A stretch of DNA of 64,000 bases, from NCBI GenBank assembly GCA_965248835.1, contig CBDFLJ010000001.1, forward strand, positions 2,036,939-2,100,938, given 5' to 3'. The DNA comes from Alphaproteobacteria bacterium (GTDB lineage Bacteria > Pseudomonadota > Alphaproteobacteria > MPNO01). The position numbers and the translations under genes were made by a program. How positions within the stretch are numbered: the stretch's first letter is position 1; each line of letters starts with the position of its first letter. Positions 11,998-21,388 of the stretch are shown here, in pieces. The notes beneath the pieces are model-generated. The model was given only the letters and a program-made list of their open reading frames with translations, had not been told where the DNA came from and did no database searches.

Positions 11998-12672
11998 CTA
12001 GACGCTGGTATCCGTATCCTCGGGCGGCGCGGGGGCAACGGGCGGACTCTTGGCGACGCCGACGCGTGCCGCGCGCAGCAGGCGGCCGTTGAGCACATAA
12101 CCCGCCTCGACAACCTGGACGACCGTGCCGGGCGCCGCCTCGGCGGTCGGCACCTCGAACATCGCCTCGTGCAGATTGTGGTCGAATTTATCGCCCGCCG
12201 GATCGACCTTCTCCACGCCATGCCGCTGGAGGATGCCCAGCAGATCCCGCTCGGTCAGCGCGACACCCTCGATGAATGACTTCAGCGGACCGTCTTCGGT
12301 GTCCGAGCCCTCCGGCAACGTCTCCAGCGCGCGGCGAAGGTTGTCGCCGACGCCCAGGACATCGCGGGCAAAACCGGCGATGGCGTATTTCAGGGTCTCC
12401 TCGCGCTCGCGCTGGGCGCGGCGGCGCAGGTTCTCGCCCTCGGCGAGGGTGCGCAGCAACCTGTCGTTGAGCTCGGCAATCTCGGCCTCGTAGTCGCGCT
12501 CCTCCGGCTGGTCGGGCTCGGCGGCGGCGCCTTCCTGTTGCGCCGGGTCTTCGGCTTCGGGCAGCGCCTCTTCGGGCAACGCCTCTTCGGGCAGCGCCTC
12601 CTCGGGCGCCTCCTCCTCGGGCGGCGGCTCGGGCTCGGCCTGTTCAGCTTCGGTCTTTTCGATCTCACTCAT
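11998..12672 (-). CDS. grpE: Nucleotide exchange factor GrpE
   Basis: MSEIEKTEAEQ start, an acidic N-terminus, and the GrpE core LRTLAEGENLRRRAQRE...FDHNLHEAMF. The 602-aa ORF in the track reads through into hrcA out of frame. Confidence 0.93.
   Translation of the reverse strand: MSEIEKTEAEQAEPEPPPEEEAPEEALPEEALPEEALPEAEDPAQQEGAAAEPDQPEERDYEAEIAELNDRLLRTLAEGENLRRRAQREREETLKYAIAGFARDVLGVGDNLRRALETLPEGSDTEDGPLKSFIEGVALTERDLLGILQRHGVEKVDPAGDKFDHNLHEAMFEVPTAEAAPGTVVQVVEAGYVLNGRLLRAARVGVAKSPPVAPAPPEDTDTSV
12555..12611. repeat. 15-bp tandem repeat (about 3.8 copies) inside the grpE 5' region
   Basis: CTTCGGGCA(G/A)CGCCT is repeated and encodes PEEAL repeats in the acidic N-terminus. Confidence 0.7.
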
Positions 12673-12698
12673 GGCAACGCCTTCCGATATGCCGTGGA

Positions 12699-13754
12699 CT
12701 AGCCGATCAGCCGGCCGACCACCTGCGCGGTATAGTCGACGATCGGAATGATGCGCGAGTAGTTGATCCGGGTCGGCCCGATGACGCCGATCGCACCGAC
12801 AACGGTGCTGGAGCGGTCGGTGAACGGCGAGACGACCATCGAACAGCCGGTCATGTCGAACAGCGTGTTCTCCGAGCCGATGAAAATCTGCACTCCATCG
12901 CCGGTTCGCGTCAGATCGAGCAGCCGGACCGACAGCTCCTGGGTCTCCAGGGCCTCGAACAGGTTGCGGACGCGCTCCAGATCGCTGAGCGCGGCGATGT
13001 CGTCGAGCAGATGCGCTTGGCCCTTGACGATCAGCGCGCCGGTCGCCGCCTCGCCGGTCCAGGTCGCAAGCCCGGTCTCGACCAGCCTGGCGGTGATCGC
13101 ATCGATCCGCACGCGGCGGTCCTCGATCTCGGCCTTGATGTCGCCGACCGCCTCGTCGACGGTGCGGCCCACCAGGCGGGCATTGAGGTAGTTGCCGGCC
13201 TCGGTGAGCGCCGAGGGCGGTGTGCCGACCGGCAGGTCGATCAGCCGGTTCTCGACGATGCCGTCCTCGGTCATCATCACCACCAGCGCACGGCCATCGC
13301 CCAGATTGACGAACTCGATGTGCTTGAGCGGCCGGTCGGTCTTGGGCGCGATCACCAGACCGGCGCATCCGGACAGGTCGGACATCGCGGCCGTCGCGTC
13401 GCTGAGCGCCTGGTTCAGGCTGGTGCCCTGGGCGGCACACTGCGCCTCGATGGTCTGGCGCTCGTCGCGGGACAGTTCGCCGATCTGCAACAGCCCGTCG
13501 ACGAACAGGCGGAGCCCGGCCTCGGTCGGGATGCGTCCGGCCGAGGTGTGCGGCGAGACCAGCAGACCCATATCTTCGAGGTCGGCCATCACGTTGCGGA
13601 TGGTCGCGGGCGACAGCGGCTGCGGCAGGCGGCGCGACAGCGTGCGCGAGCCGACCGGCTCGCCGGTCTGGACGAACGTCTCCACGAGCTCGCGAAAGAC
13701 CGCGCGAGACCGCTCGTTGAGCTCGCCGATGACACCGGTTGGAGCGCTCTGCAT
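12699..13754 (-). CDS. hrcA: Heat-inducible transcriptional repressor HrcA
   Basis: LNERSRAVFRELVETFVQTGEPVGSRTLSR wHTH start. Conserved hrcA-grpE arrangement. Confidence 0.93.
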   Translation of the reverse strand: MQSAPTGVIGELNERSRAVFRELVETFVQTGEPVGSRTLSRRLPQPLSPATIRNVMADLEDMGLLVSPHTSAGRIPTEAGLRLFVDGLLQIGELSRDERQTIEAQCAAQGTSLNQALSDATAAMSDLSGCAGLVIAPKTDRPLKHIEFVNLGDGRALVVMMTEDGIVENRLIDLPVGTPPSALTEAGNYLNARLVGRTVDEAVGDIKAEIEDRRVRIDAITARLVETGLATWTGEAATGALIVKGQAHLLDDIAALSDLERVRNLFEALETQELSVRLLDLTRTGDGVQIFIGSENTLFDMTGCSMVVSPFTDRSSTVVGAIGVIGPTRINYSRIIPIVDYTAQVVGRLIG

Positions 13755-13906
13755 CGAGTCCTCTCTTGGGCGGCAGGAATGTAGTGTTGGTCCTGGTGGG
13801 CGTCAATGTGATGTGCCCCGTCTGCCGGGATGCAAACCGCTGGACGGCCCGGTCGGGCCGGGATAGCTTCCCCCGCCATTCTCGGGCGGGCCGTTAGGGG
13901 AACGCG

Positions 13907-14650
13907 ATGTCATCATCCGGTCAGCCGGCCGGCCGGCCCTCCGGTCGGGCACGGGACGAGCTTCGAAAGATCGTCCTGGAAGCCGGATTTTCCAAGCATG
14001 CGGAGGGCTCGTGCCTGGTGCGGTTCGGCGACACCCACGTGCTGTGCACCGCATCGGTGGAGGGCCGCGTCCCGCCGTTCATCAAGAACACCGGCAGCGG
14101 CTGGGTGACAGCCGAATACGGCATGTTGCCGCGCTCGACCCACGAACGCACCGACCGCGAGGCCGCCCGCGGCAAACAGGGTGGCAGGACGCTGGAAATC
14201 CAGCGTCTGATCGGCCGTTCGCTGCGCGCGGTCGTCGATCTGCGGGCACTGGGCGAGCGCCAGATCCGACTCGACTGCGACGTGATCCAAGCCGACGGCG
14301 GCACCCGGACCGCGAGCGTCACCGGTGCCTGGGTCGCACTGCGCATGGCGATCGACGACCTGATGGACAAGGGCGTCCTGACCGCCGATCCGATCTCGGA
14401 TTCGGTCGCGGCGATCTCGTGCGGCATCGTCGGCGGCGTGCCGTGCCTGGACCTCGACTATCTCGAGGACAGCAGCGCGGATGTGGACGCGAACTTCGTG
14501 CTGACCGGCACCGGCGGCATTGTCGAAGTCCAGGGCACCGCGGAGACCGAACCCTTCGGGCGCAAAGCCTTCGAGGGCCTGCTCGACCTGGCGGAGAAGG
14601 GAACGACCGCGCTGACCCGGCTGCAACGCCAAGCCGTGCGGCGCGGTTGA
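13907..14650 (+). CDS. rph: Ribonuclease PH
   Basis: [13 protein letters not shown]...[21 protein letters not shown] and [11 protein letters not shown] motifs. Confidence 0.93.
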   Translation: MSSSGQPAGRPSGRARDELRKIVLEAGFSKHAEGSCLVRFGDTHVLCTASVEGRVPPFIKNTGSGWVTAEYGMLPRSTHERTDREAARGKQGGRTLEIQRLIGRSLRAVVDLRALGERQIRLDCDVIQADGGTRTASVTGAWVALRMAIDDLMDKGVLTADPISDSVAAISCGIVGGVPCLDLDYLEDSSADVDANFVLTGTGGIVEVQGTAETEPFGRKAFEGLLDLAEKGTTALTRLQRQAVRRG

Positions 14651-14651
14651 A

Positions 14652-15260
14652 ATGGCGCGGGCCTTCACCGATCCATGTCTGGTGGTGGCTTCGCACAACC
14701 AGGGAAAGATCGGCGAAATCGCCGATCTGCTGGCACCGTTCGATGTCGCGATCACCTCCGCGGCCGCGCTGGGCCTGGCCGAGCCCGAGGAGACGGGCGA
14801 GAGCTTCCGGGCCAACGCGGAGATCAAGGCCCACGCGGCGGCCAAAGCCGCTCGCCTGCCTGCCCTGAGCGACGATTCGGGGCTGGCAATCGCCGTGCTC
14901 GGCGGCGCGCCGGGCATCCATTCGGCCCGCTGGGCGGGAGCCGAACGTGACTTCGCGGCCGCCATGGCGCGTGTCAAGGCGGCGCTGCCGGCGGACGCGG
15001 ACCGGGCGGCCGCATTCGTCTGCGCGCTGGCGCTCGCTTGGCCCGACGGGCATTGCGAGACCGTCGAGGGGCGTGTGCAGGGTCGTCTCGTCTGGCCGCC
15101 GCGCGGCACCAACGGCTTCGGCTATGACCCGATATTCGTCGCCGACGGTCACGCCCTGACCTTCGGCGAGATGGAACCGGCGGACAAGCACGCGATCAGC
15201 CACCGCGCCGATGCCTTTGCCAAGCTCGTCACCGCCTGCTTCGGCGGCCGCGCGTCATGA
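14652..15260 (+). CDS. rdgB: Non-canonical purine NTP pyrophosphatase (RdgB/HAM1)
   Basis: [13 protein letters not shown]...GFGYDPIF...ISHRA motifs. Follows rph, as in many bacteria. Confidence 0.9.
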   Translation: MARAFTDPCLVVASHNQGKIGEIADLLAPFDVAITSAAALGLAEPEETGESFRANAEIKAHAAAKAARLPALSDDSGLAIAVLGGAPGIHSARWAGAERDFAAAMARVKAALPADADRAAAFVCALALAWPDGHCETVEGRVQGRLVWPPRGTNGFGYDPIFVADGHALTFGEMEPADKHAISHRADAFAKLVTACFGGRAS

Positions 15261-16447
15261 GCCCGGCAGGCGGCTTCGTCCCGGACAAGGACTCGCTCGG
15301 CCTCTACGTCCACTGGCCGTTCTGCAAGTCCAAATGCCCCTATTGCGACTTCAACAGCCACGTCGAGATGGAGATCGATGAGACCCGCTGGCGCAAGGCG
15401 CTGCTGGCGGAGATCGACCATTACGCGGCACGGACGGCAGGCCGCCGGCTGGAGACCATCTTCTTCGGCGGCGGCACGCCCTCGCTGATGCGGCCGGAGA
15501 CCGTGGCTGCGGTGATCGACAAGGCGGTCGGCTGTTGGCCGACCAGCTCGGACCTCGAGGTCACGCTGGAGGCCAACCCGACCTCGGTCGAGGCCGGCCG
15601 CCTTGCCGGCTTCCGCGACGCCGGGGCAGGCCGGCTGTCGCTGGGCGTCCAGTCGTTCGACCCGGACGGGCTGGCGGTGCTGGGGCGCGAGCACGGGCCC
15701 GGAGAGGCGATCGCGGCGATCGCCGTCGCCCAGAGCCTGTTCGCGCGCACCTCGTTCGACCTGATCTACGCTCGACCAGGCCAGACGCCGGAAGCCTGGC
15801 GGGGCGAACTCGCCCGCGCGCTCGATCACGTGCCGACCGACGGCGCAGGCCACATTTCGGTCTACCAGCTCACCATCGAGCCCGGCACCGCCTTCCACGC
15901 GGCTCACCGGCGCGGCAGGCTCGACCTGCCGGACGAGAACGATCAGGCCGCGATGTACCAGGACACCCAGGACAGGCTCGAAGCGGCGGGTCTGCCGGCC
16001 TATGAGATCTCCAGCCACGCAGCCGCCGGCATGGCGTGCCGCCACAATCTCATCTATTGGCTATCGGCGGATTATGTCGGCGTCGGGCCGGGCGCGCACG
16101 GCCGGATCACCACGGACGGCGCGACGACCGCCTATGCCCAGCGCCGCGCGCCGCTTGCCTGGTGCGCCGATGTCGAAGCCCGCGGCCACGCCACCGAGAC
16201 GGCGGCACCGATCACACCGCGGGAGCGCCTGGAGGAGGTGTTGATGATGGGCCTCCGGCTCACAACCGGCTTGCCGCGGCAGCGTTTCGTCGCACTCACC
16301 GGCGCAATGCCCGAGGACGCGCTCGACCGGGCGGCGCTGAACCGACTGACAGAGGCCGGTTTCATGGAGAACGACGATCGAGGCCTGCGCGCGACCGCCG
16401 CCGGCCGTATGCGTCTGGACGCTGTGTTGGCTGCCCTGCTCGCTTGA
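15257..16447 (+). CDS. hemW: Radical SAM heme chaperone HemW (coproporphyrinogen-III-oxidase-like)
   Basis: [19 protein letters not shown] radical-SAM CxxxCxxC motif. Overlaps the rdgB stop by 4 nt. Confidence 0.9.
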   Translation: MSPAGGFVPDKDSLGLYVHWPFCKSKCPYCDFNSHVEMEIDETRWRKALLAEIDHYAARTAGRRLETIFFGGGTPSLMRPETVAAVIDKAVGCWPTSSDLEVTLEANPTSVEAGRLAGFRDAGAGRLSLGVQSFDPDGLAVLGREHGPGEAIAAIAVAQSLFARTSFDLIYARPGQTPEAWRGELARALDHVPTDGAGHISVYQLTIEPGTAFHAAHRRGRLDLPDENDQAAMYQDTQDRLEAAGLPAYEISSHAAAGMACRHNLIYWLSADYVGVGPGAHGRITTDGATTAYAQRRAPLAWCADVEARGHATETAAPITPRERLEEVLMMGLRLTTGLPRQRFVALTGAMPEDALDRAALNRLTEAGFMENDDRGLRATAAGRMRLDAVLAALLA

Positions 16448-16461
16448 GCGGCGGCCGGGAT

Positions 16462-17877
16462 TCAGTTGACCAGCACCTCGAATTTCTCCGGCGCACGGCT
16501 GATCTCCCGCGGGGCGCCCGAGCCGATCTCGAAGACCGAAAGCCCGCGCTCGGACTCGCCGGTCTCGCGGAAGCGAAAGACGCCGGTGGTGCCCATGAAC
16601 CCGCTGGCGTCGGTCAGCGCGGCGAGGTTGAAGTCCGGGCCTGTTTCGCGGCGCGCGAGCGTCGCGACCAGCGCCGCGGCATCGTAGGCCAGGTTCGCCA
16701 GCGGGTTGGGTGCGGTGCCGAACGCCGACCGGTAGCGGGTCTGGAAATCGCCGAGGGCTTCAACCGAAGGTGCGGCGTACCACGCGCCGACCAGCGGCCG
16801 CTCGCGGCCGAGCCCATCGGTATGCCACGACGACAGGCCGAGCACCTTGATCCGCGTGGTGTCGATGTCGTAGTACGGCAGCAGTGCCGCGATCTCCGCA
16901 AGGCGGGTGCCGCTGACCGCGACCAGCAGCGCATCGAAGCCGAGGTCGGTCAGCCCGTCGATGCTCTCCATTTCGACCATCATCCGAGCGGTGACGTCCT
17001 GGCCGGCGGCCTGGATCGCGGCGCGCTGCTCGAGCAGCGCCGCCTGCCGGCCGTCGTATTTGGCGAGCCTGCGAACCGCGGCCGTGGCGTCCTCGGACCG
17101 GTCGCCGACCCGCTCGATCCGGGCGAGGACGCCGCCGACCTCCTGAACGGCGCGCTCGAAATACCGCTCGACCCGACGCCCGAAGGCGCTGTCGGGAAGC
17201 AGTGCGGCGAAGCGCAGGATGCCCTGGCCGCGGGCGTACCGGACGACGCGGTGGATCTGCTGGCGCGGCAACAGTCCCATCAGGAACGTGCCGCGCTCGG
17301 CCACCGACCGGTCGTTGGAAAATGCGATCACGTTGATCCCGGCTTTCCGGGCAATCGGCGCGACGGCCGCGACCGATGCGGCGAAAACCGGCCCCAGAAG
17401 AATCAAGGCGCCGCCGTCGATCGCTGCGCGGGCGGCCGCCTCGGCGCCGGCGGGCGTGCCGCGTGTGTCGTGGGGCAGGATGGTGAAGCCGTCGCCGGTC
17501 GCATCGAACAGCGCGAGTTGGGCGGCGTTGAGCAACGAGCGGCCGAGCGCGGTTTCCGGTCCGCTCAAGGGCAGCAGCAGGCCGACGCGGATCTGACCGG
17601 ACGCCGCTCCGGCATCACCGATCGGTCCGCTCGAGGCATCGCCGACGGGTCCGCTTGAGGCATCTGCGGAGGGGCGATCGGGGCGCGACGGCGAGGAGAC
17701 CGCGGGCTCGGTCATGGTCGGCGTGCCCACCGTGCGCGGTTCTTGCGCCGGACCGGAGGGCGCGGATACGTTGGTCGGGGCACAGGCGGCAAGCACCACG
17801 AGGATCGGAGCGAGCCATGCCACGACGGCCATCGGCTTCGACAACCTGGTCGGGAACGGCGGGCGAGCACTCCTCAT
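16462..17877 (-). CDS. Penicillin-binding-protein-activator (LpoA)-like periplasmic-binding-fold lipoprotein
   Basis: Lipobox LVVLAAC, a Pro/Ser-rich linker with DASSGP repeats, then a type-I periplasmic binding fold (IRVGLLLPLSGP...). The start is uncertain (17877 or 17832). Confidence 0.72.
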   Translation of the reverse strand: MRSARPPFPTRLSKPMAVVAWLAPILVVLAACAPTNVSAPSGPAQEPRTVGTPTMTEPAVSSPSRPDRPSADASSGPVGDASSGPIGDAGAASGQIRVGLLLPLSGPETALGRSLLNAAQLALFDATGDGFTILPHDTRGTPAGAEAAARAAIDGGALILLGPVFAASVAAVAPIARKAGINVIAFSNDRSVAERGTFLMGLLPRQQIHRVVRYARGQGILRFAALLPDSAFGRRVERYFERAVQEVGGVLARIERVGDRSEDATAAVRRLAKYDGRQAALLEQRAAIQAAGQDVTARMMVEMESIDGLTDLGFDALLVAVSGTRLAEIAALLPYYDIDTTRIKVLGLSSWHTDGLGRERPLVGAWYAAPSVEALGDFQTRYRSAFGTAPNPLANLAYDAAALVATLARRETGPDFNLAALTDASGFMGTTGVFRFRETGESERGLSVFEIGSGAPREISRAPEKFEVLVN

Positions 17878-18755
17878 CACAGGACGACCGTGCAGCGGGC
17901 CGCCGGCGGGCCACCTCCGCCGGTCTCCATCTGGTGGCGACACCGATCGGGAACCTGCGCGATATCACGCTGCGCGCCCTGGACACTCTGCGCGATGCCG
18001 ACGTCATCGCCTGCGAGGACACGCGCGTGACGCGAAAATTGCTCGCAGCGCATGGTATCGCCTCTCCGTTGACGGCCTATCACGAGCATAACGCACCGCG
18101 CGCGCGCCCGGCACTCATTAAACGGCTGGAATCGGGCCAAATCGTGGCACTGGTTTCCGATGCCGGAATGCCGCTGATATCCGATCCGGGCTACCGGCTG
18201 GTGCGCGCGGCGCTGGCGGCGGGGATCGCGGTGACGGTCTTGCCGGGCGCGTCGGCGCCGCTTGCGGCCCTGGTTCTGTCGGGCCTGCCCACCGACCGCT
18301 TTCATTTCGCCGGATACCTGCCCGCCAAGCGGGCCGCAAGACGGTCGGTCCTGGCGGAGCTTGCCGGCATCGACGCCACGCTGGTGCTTCTGGACTCGCC
18401 GCACCGGCTGGCCGCGAGCCTTGCCGATATGGCAGCGGTGCTGGGCGACCGGCAGGCTGCGGTCGCCCGGGAGCTGACCAAGCGCCATGAAGAGGTGCTG
18501 CGCGGCCGTCTGGGCGAACTCGCCGATCGGGTGGCGGCGACCGGCCCGCCCAAGGGCGAGGTCGTGCTGGTCATCGCCCCGCCGGAGGCCCTGCCCGAGG
18601 CCCCGACCGAACGGATCGATGCCGCGTTGGTCCGCGCACTCCAGAGCCTGTCGGTGCGCGACGCTGCGGCCACGGTGGCCGCCGCGCTGGGCGCGCCGCG
18701 GCGCATCGTCTACGAGCGGGCGCTGGCGCTGGGGAGCGGGCAGCACACGAAATGA
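17817..18755 (+). CDS. rsmI: 16S rRNA (cytidine1402-2'-O)-methyltransferase
   Basis: GLHLVATPIGNLRDITLRALDTL...EDTR motifs of the tetrapyrrole-methylase-fold RsmI. The only canonical in-frame start upstream of the domain is the ATG at 17817, so the start is uncertain. Confidence 0.85.
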   Translation: MPRRPSASTTWSGTAGEHSSSQDDRAAGRRRATSAGLHLVATPIGNLRDITLRALDTLRDADVIACEDTRVTRKLLAAHGIASPLTAYHEHNAPRARPALIKRLESGQIVALVSDAGMPLISDPGYRLVRAALAAGIAVTVLPGASAPLAALVLSGLPTDRFHFAGYLPAKRAARRSVLAELAGIDATLVLLDSPHRLAASLADMAAVLGDRQAAVARELTKRHEEVLRGRLGELADRVAATGPPKGEVVLVIAPPEALPEAPTERIDAALVRALQSLSVRDAAATVAAALGAPRRIVYERALALGSGQHTK

Positions 18756-19108
18756 CCGGATCGGCCCGGACCGAGCGTTACGGGCGCTTTGCCGAAAGCC
18801 TTTCGCTCGCCCTGCTGCGGCTCAAAGGCTACCGCGTGATCGCGCGGCGGTTCCGCTCGCCGGCCGGTGAGATCGACCTGATCGTTCGCCGCGGCAGCCT
18901 GGTCGCCTATGTCGAGGTCAAGGCGCGGCGCGATATCGCGAGCGCCGCGGAGTCCTTGGGGCCGGCGCAGCGCCAGCGCATCCGCCGGGCCGCGGGGCAC
19001 TTTCTCAAGGGCCGCCCGGACCTGGCGGGGCTCGACCACCGTTTCGACGTCATGCTGGTCCTGCCCTGGTCGGTGCCCAATCATATCGTCGATGCCTGGC
19101 GTGATTGA
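18752..19108 (+). CDS. yraN: YraN-family (UPF0102) endonuclease-like protein
   Basis: GEIDLIV...VAYVEVKAR motif. Overlaps the rsmI stop by 4 nt. Confidence 0.85.
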   Translation: MTGSARTERYGRFAESLSLALLRLKGYRVIARRFRSPAGEIDLIVRRGSLVAYVEVKARRDIASAAESLGPAQRQRIRRAAGHFLKGRPDLAGLDHRFDVMLVLPWSVPNHIVDAWRD

Positions 19109-19150
19109 GGTTGGGCACGATTGAGGTTGGGCGCGATTGAGGTTGGGCGG
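19103..19150. repeat. Three tandem copies of a 16-bp unit GATTGAGGTTGGGC(A/G)(C/G)
   Basis: Read directly: units at 19103-19118, 19119-19134 and 19135-19150. The first copy contains the yraN stop codon. Confidence 0.9.
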
Positions 19151-19200
19151 GGCCGGAAAACGGCGGCACAATGCCGGAGAGAGGGGTCCACCACAGCAGG

Positions 19201-19536
19201 ATGAGCATGCCCTGGCTCGGAGTTTCGGCCGGCGCCGTCGTGATCGCGCTTTGCGCTGCCCTGATCTCGGCCTGTGCCGGCGTGGTGGTCGCGGGCGGTG
19301 CCGGCGCGGTCTCCGCGGCAACCCAGGAACGCGGCTCCACCGGCACCATCAGCGATACCGCGGGCAAGATCGTCCACCGGATGGGAATCGCCCGGAACGC
19401 GGGCGCGCTTGCCCGTCTCGAAACCCATGCGCGTGAGGTCTCGTACGTCAAGCGCGTGGTCCGCTATGTTGTGCTCAACAACGATCCGAAACGAAAGGCC
19501 CCGCGGCACCGGGGCCGGAGTCGGGGCTGGACGTGA
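19201..19536 (+). CDS. Small hypothetical lipoprotein, possibly a truncated BON-domain gene
   Basis: Signal plus lipobox WLGVSAGAVVIALCAALISAC, then GAVSAATQERG as at the start of BON/OsmY-like lipoproteins. The remaining about 70 aa do not look like a BON domain. Confidence 0.35.
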   Translation: MSMPWLGVSAGAVVIALCAALISACAGVVVAGGAGAVSAATQERGSTGTISDTAGKIVHRMGIARNAGALARLETHAREVSYVKRVVRYVVLNNDPKRKAPRHRGRSRGWT

Positions 19537-20363
19537 GACAACATCATGAAGCGGAACGGCTGCTCAAGGACCTGGCGAACACGGCCGATGAAGATGTCCG
19601 CCTGGCCGAGGCGGCGTTGGCGTTGGCGGCCCTGACGATCGGCGAGATCGACCTCGATTACTACCGCGCCCACCTGGCCGGCATCGTCGAGGCGGTGGCG
19701 CACCGGATACCGGGAACCTGTTCGCTCACCGAGCGCATCGCGACGCTCAACGAGGTCATCATCGACCAGGAGCGGTATTGCGGCGACACGACGGCCTATG
19801 ACGATCTCGACAACGCCAACCTGGTGCGGGTGATCGACCGCCGCCGCGGCCTGCCGGTGGCGCTGGGCATTATCTATCTCGATGTCGCCCACCGCCTCGG
19901 CTGGCGGGCGACGGGGCTGAACTTCCCCGGCCATTTCCTGATCCGGATCGAGGACGCCGAGGCGCGCGCAATCGTCGATCCGTTCGAAGGCGGGGCAATC
20001 CGCGAGGACGCCGACCTGCGGGCGCTGATCAAGCTTACCGCCGGCGAGAACGCGGAACTGGCGGCCGAGCATTTCGAGCCGGTCGAGCGCCGCGGCGTGT
20101 TGCTGAGGCTGCAGAACAACATCAAAATTCGCCAGCTCCGCGCCGGGCATATCGAGGACGCCGCCGCGACTGTGGACAGGATGCTGCTGTTCATGCCCGA
20201 ACAGGCCGTGCTGCGCCGCGAGGCGGGGCTGCTGCACGCCCGGCTCGGCCACCTGGTCGCAGCACGGCGCCATCTGGAGGCCTACCGCGACCGCTGCGCC
20301 GGCCCGGCCGAGCGCGATGAGGCCGAGGCGCTGCTGCGCCGCGTCTCCCGCCGGCTCAACTAG
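19533..20363 (+). CDS. SirB1-like (UPF0162) transglutaminase-like/TPR protein
   Basis: RRRGLPVALGIIYLDVAHRLGW...LNFPGHFLIRIE is the SirB1 N-terminal signature. The tail is TPR-like. GTG start. Confidence 0.7.
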   Translation: MRQHHEAERLLKDLANTADEDVRLAEAALALAALTIGEIDLDYYRAHLAGIVEAVAHRIPGTCSLTERIATLNEVIIDQERYCGDTTAYDDLDNANLVRVIDRRRGLPVALGIIYLDVAHRLGWRATGLNFPGHFLIRIEDAEARAIVDPFEGGAIREDADLRALIKLTAGENAELAAEHFEPVERRGVLLRLQNNIKIRQLRAGHIEDAAATVDRMLLFMPEQAVLRREAGLLHARLGHLVAARRHLEAYRDRCAGPAERDEAEALLRRVSRRLN

Positions 20364-20372
20364 GCGGCAGCG

Positions 20373-21329
20373 ATGAGCCTTACCGTCGCCATTCAGATGG
20401 ACCCGATCGAATCGGTCGACATCGATGCCGATTCCACGTTCGTGCTGGCGCTGGAGGCGCAGGCCCGCGGCCACGCCCTGTTCCACTATCTACCGGGCGA
20501 GATGTCGTTTCGCGACCACCGGATCTATGCCAAGGCGCGCCCGCTCTCGGTCCGGCGGCAGCGCGGCGATCACGCGAAGCTTGGGGCGCCCGAGGTTCTG
20601 GATCTCGCCGGGGTCGATATCGTCTTGATGCGCCAGGATCCGCCGTTCGACATGGCCTATATCACCGCCACGCACCTCCTGGAGCACATCCACCCGCGGA
20701 CCCTGGTGGTCAACGACCCTTTCCACGTCCGCAACGCGCCCGAAAAGCTGTTCGTCGCCCATTTCGAGGGGCTGATGCCGCCGACGCTGATCACCGCGGA
20801 CCGCGAGGAGATCGTGGCCTTCCGGGCCGAGCATCGCGACATCATCGTCAAACCGCTTTTCGGCAATGGCGGGGCGGGGGTGTTCCACGTTACGCCGGAG
20901 GATGAGAACCTGGGCTCGCTGCTGGAGATGTTCACCGGTATGTACCGCGAGCCGATCATCGTCCAGCGCTACCTGCCGGAGATCCGCCGGGGCGACAAGC
21001 GCATCATCCTGGTCGACGGCGAGCCGGCCGGCGGGGTGAGCCGGATCCCGCCGGACGGCGAGGCGCGGGCCAACTTCCACGCCGGCGGCGCGCCGCAAAA
21101 GGCCGATCTGACCACGCGCGAGCGCGACATCTGTGCGGCCATCGGCCCCGCGCTGCGCGACCGCGGCCTGGTCTTCGTCGGTATCGACGTGATCGGCGAT
21201 TACCTGACCGAGATCAACGTCACCTCGCCGACCGGCATCCAGGAAATCAATCGCCTGGACGGCGTCCGGATCGAGGCGATGATCTGGGACGCCATTGAAC
21301 GCCGCGTGGACGCCGCACGAACGGCGTAG
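20373..21329 (+). CDS. gshB: Glutathione synthetase
   Basis: [28 protein letters not shown] start and an ATP-grasp C-terminus ([12 protein letters not shown]...[20 protein letters not shown]). Confidence 0.93.
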   Translation: MSLTVAIQMDPIESVDIDADSTFVLALEAQARGHALFHYLPGEMSFRDHRIYAKARPLSVRRQRGDHAKLGAPEVLDLAGVDIVLMRQDPPFDMAYITATHLLEHIHPRTLVVNDPFHVRNAPEKLFVAHFEGLMPPTLITADREEIVAFRAEHRDIIVKPLFGNGGAGVFHVTPEDENLGSLLEMFTGMYREPIIVQRYLPEIRRGDKRIILVDGEPAGGVSRIPPDGEARANFHAGGAPQKADLTTRERDICAAIGPALRDRGLVFVGIDVIGDYLTEINVTSPTGIQEINRLDGVRIEAMIWDAIERRVDAARTA

Positions 21330-21388
21330 CGGCCGGTCCCGGCTCGCCTCATCACCCCTGGATTGATAGGATCGGCGCCCGGTCACGC

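Noticed and set aside
11998-13806. 602-aa ORF that would fuse grpE with upstream sequence
   Set aside because: Only the last 224 codons, from MSEIEKTEAEQ at 12672, are GrpE. The upstream part is an out-of-frame read across hrcA with an Arg/Pro/Gly-biased composition.
13755-13906. CIRCE operator or heat-shock promoter upstream of hrcA
   Set aside because: No TTAGCACTC-N9-GAGTGCTAA-like inverted repeat is visible. A sigma-70-like TTGACG-N17-TACATT can be read on the minus strand, but it is too weak to report as a feature.
19490-19521. GC-rich hairpin GGCCCCG-CGGCAC-CGGGGCC as a rho-independent terminator after the small lipoprotein ORF
   Set aside because: It is not followed by a T tract, and it lies inside the ORF just before the GTG start of the next gene. 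It cannot be distinguished from chance GC-rich pairing.
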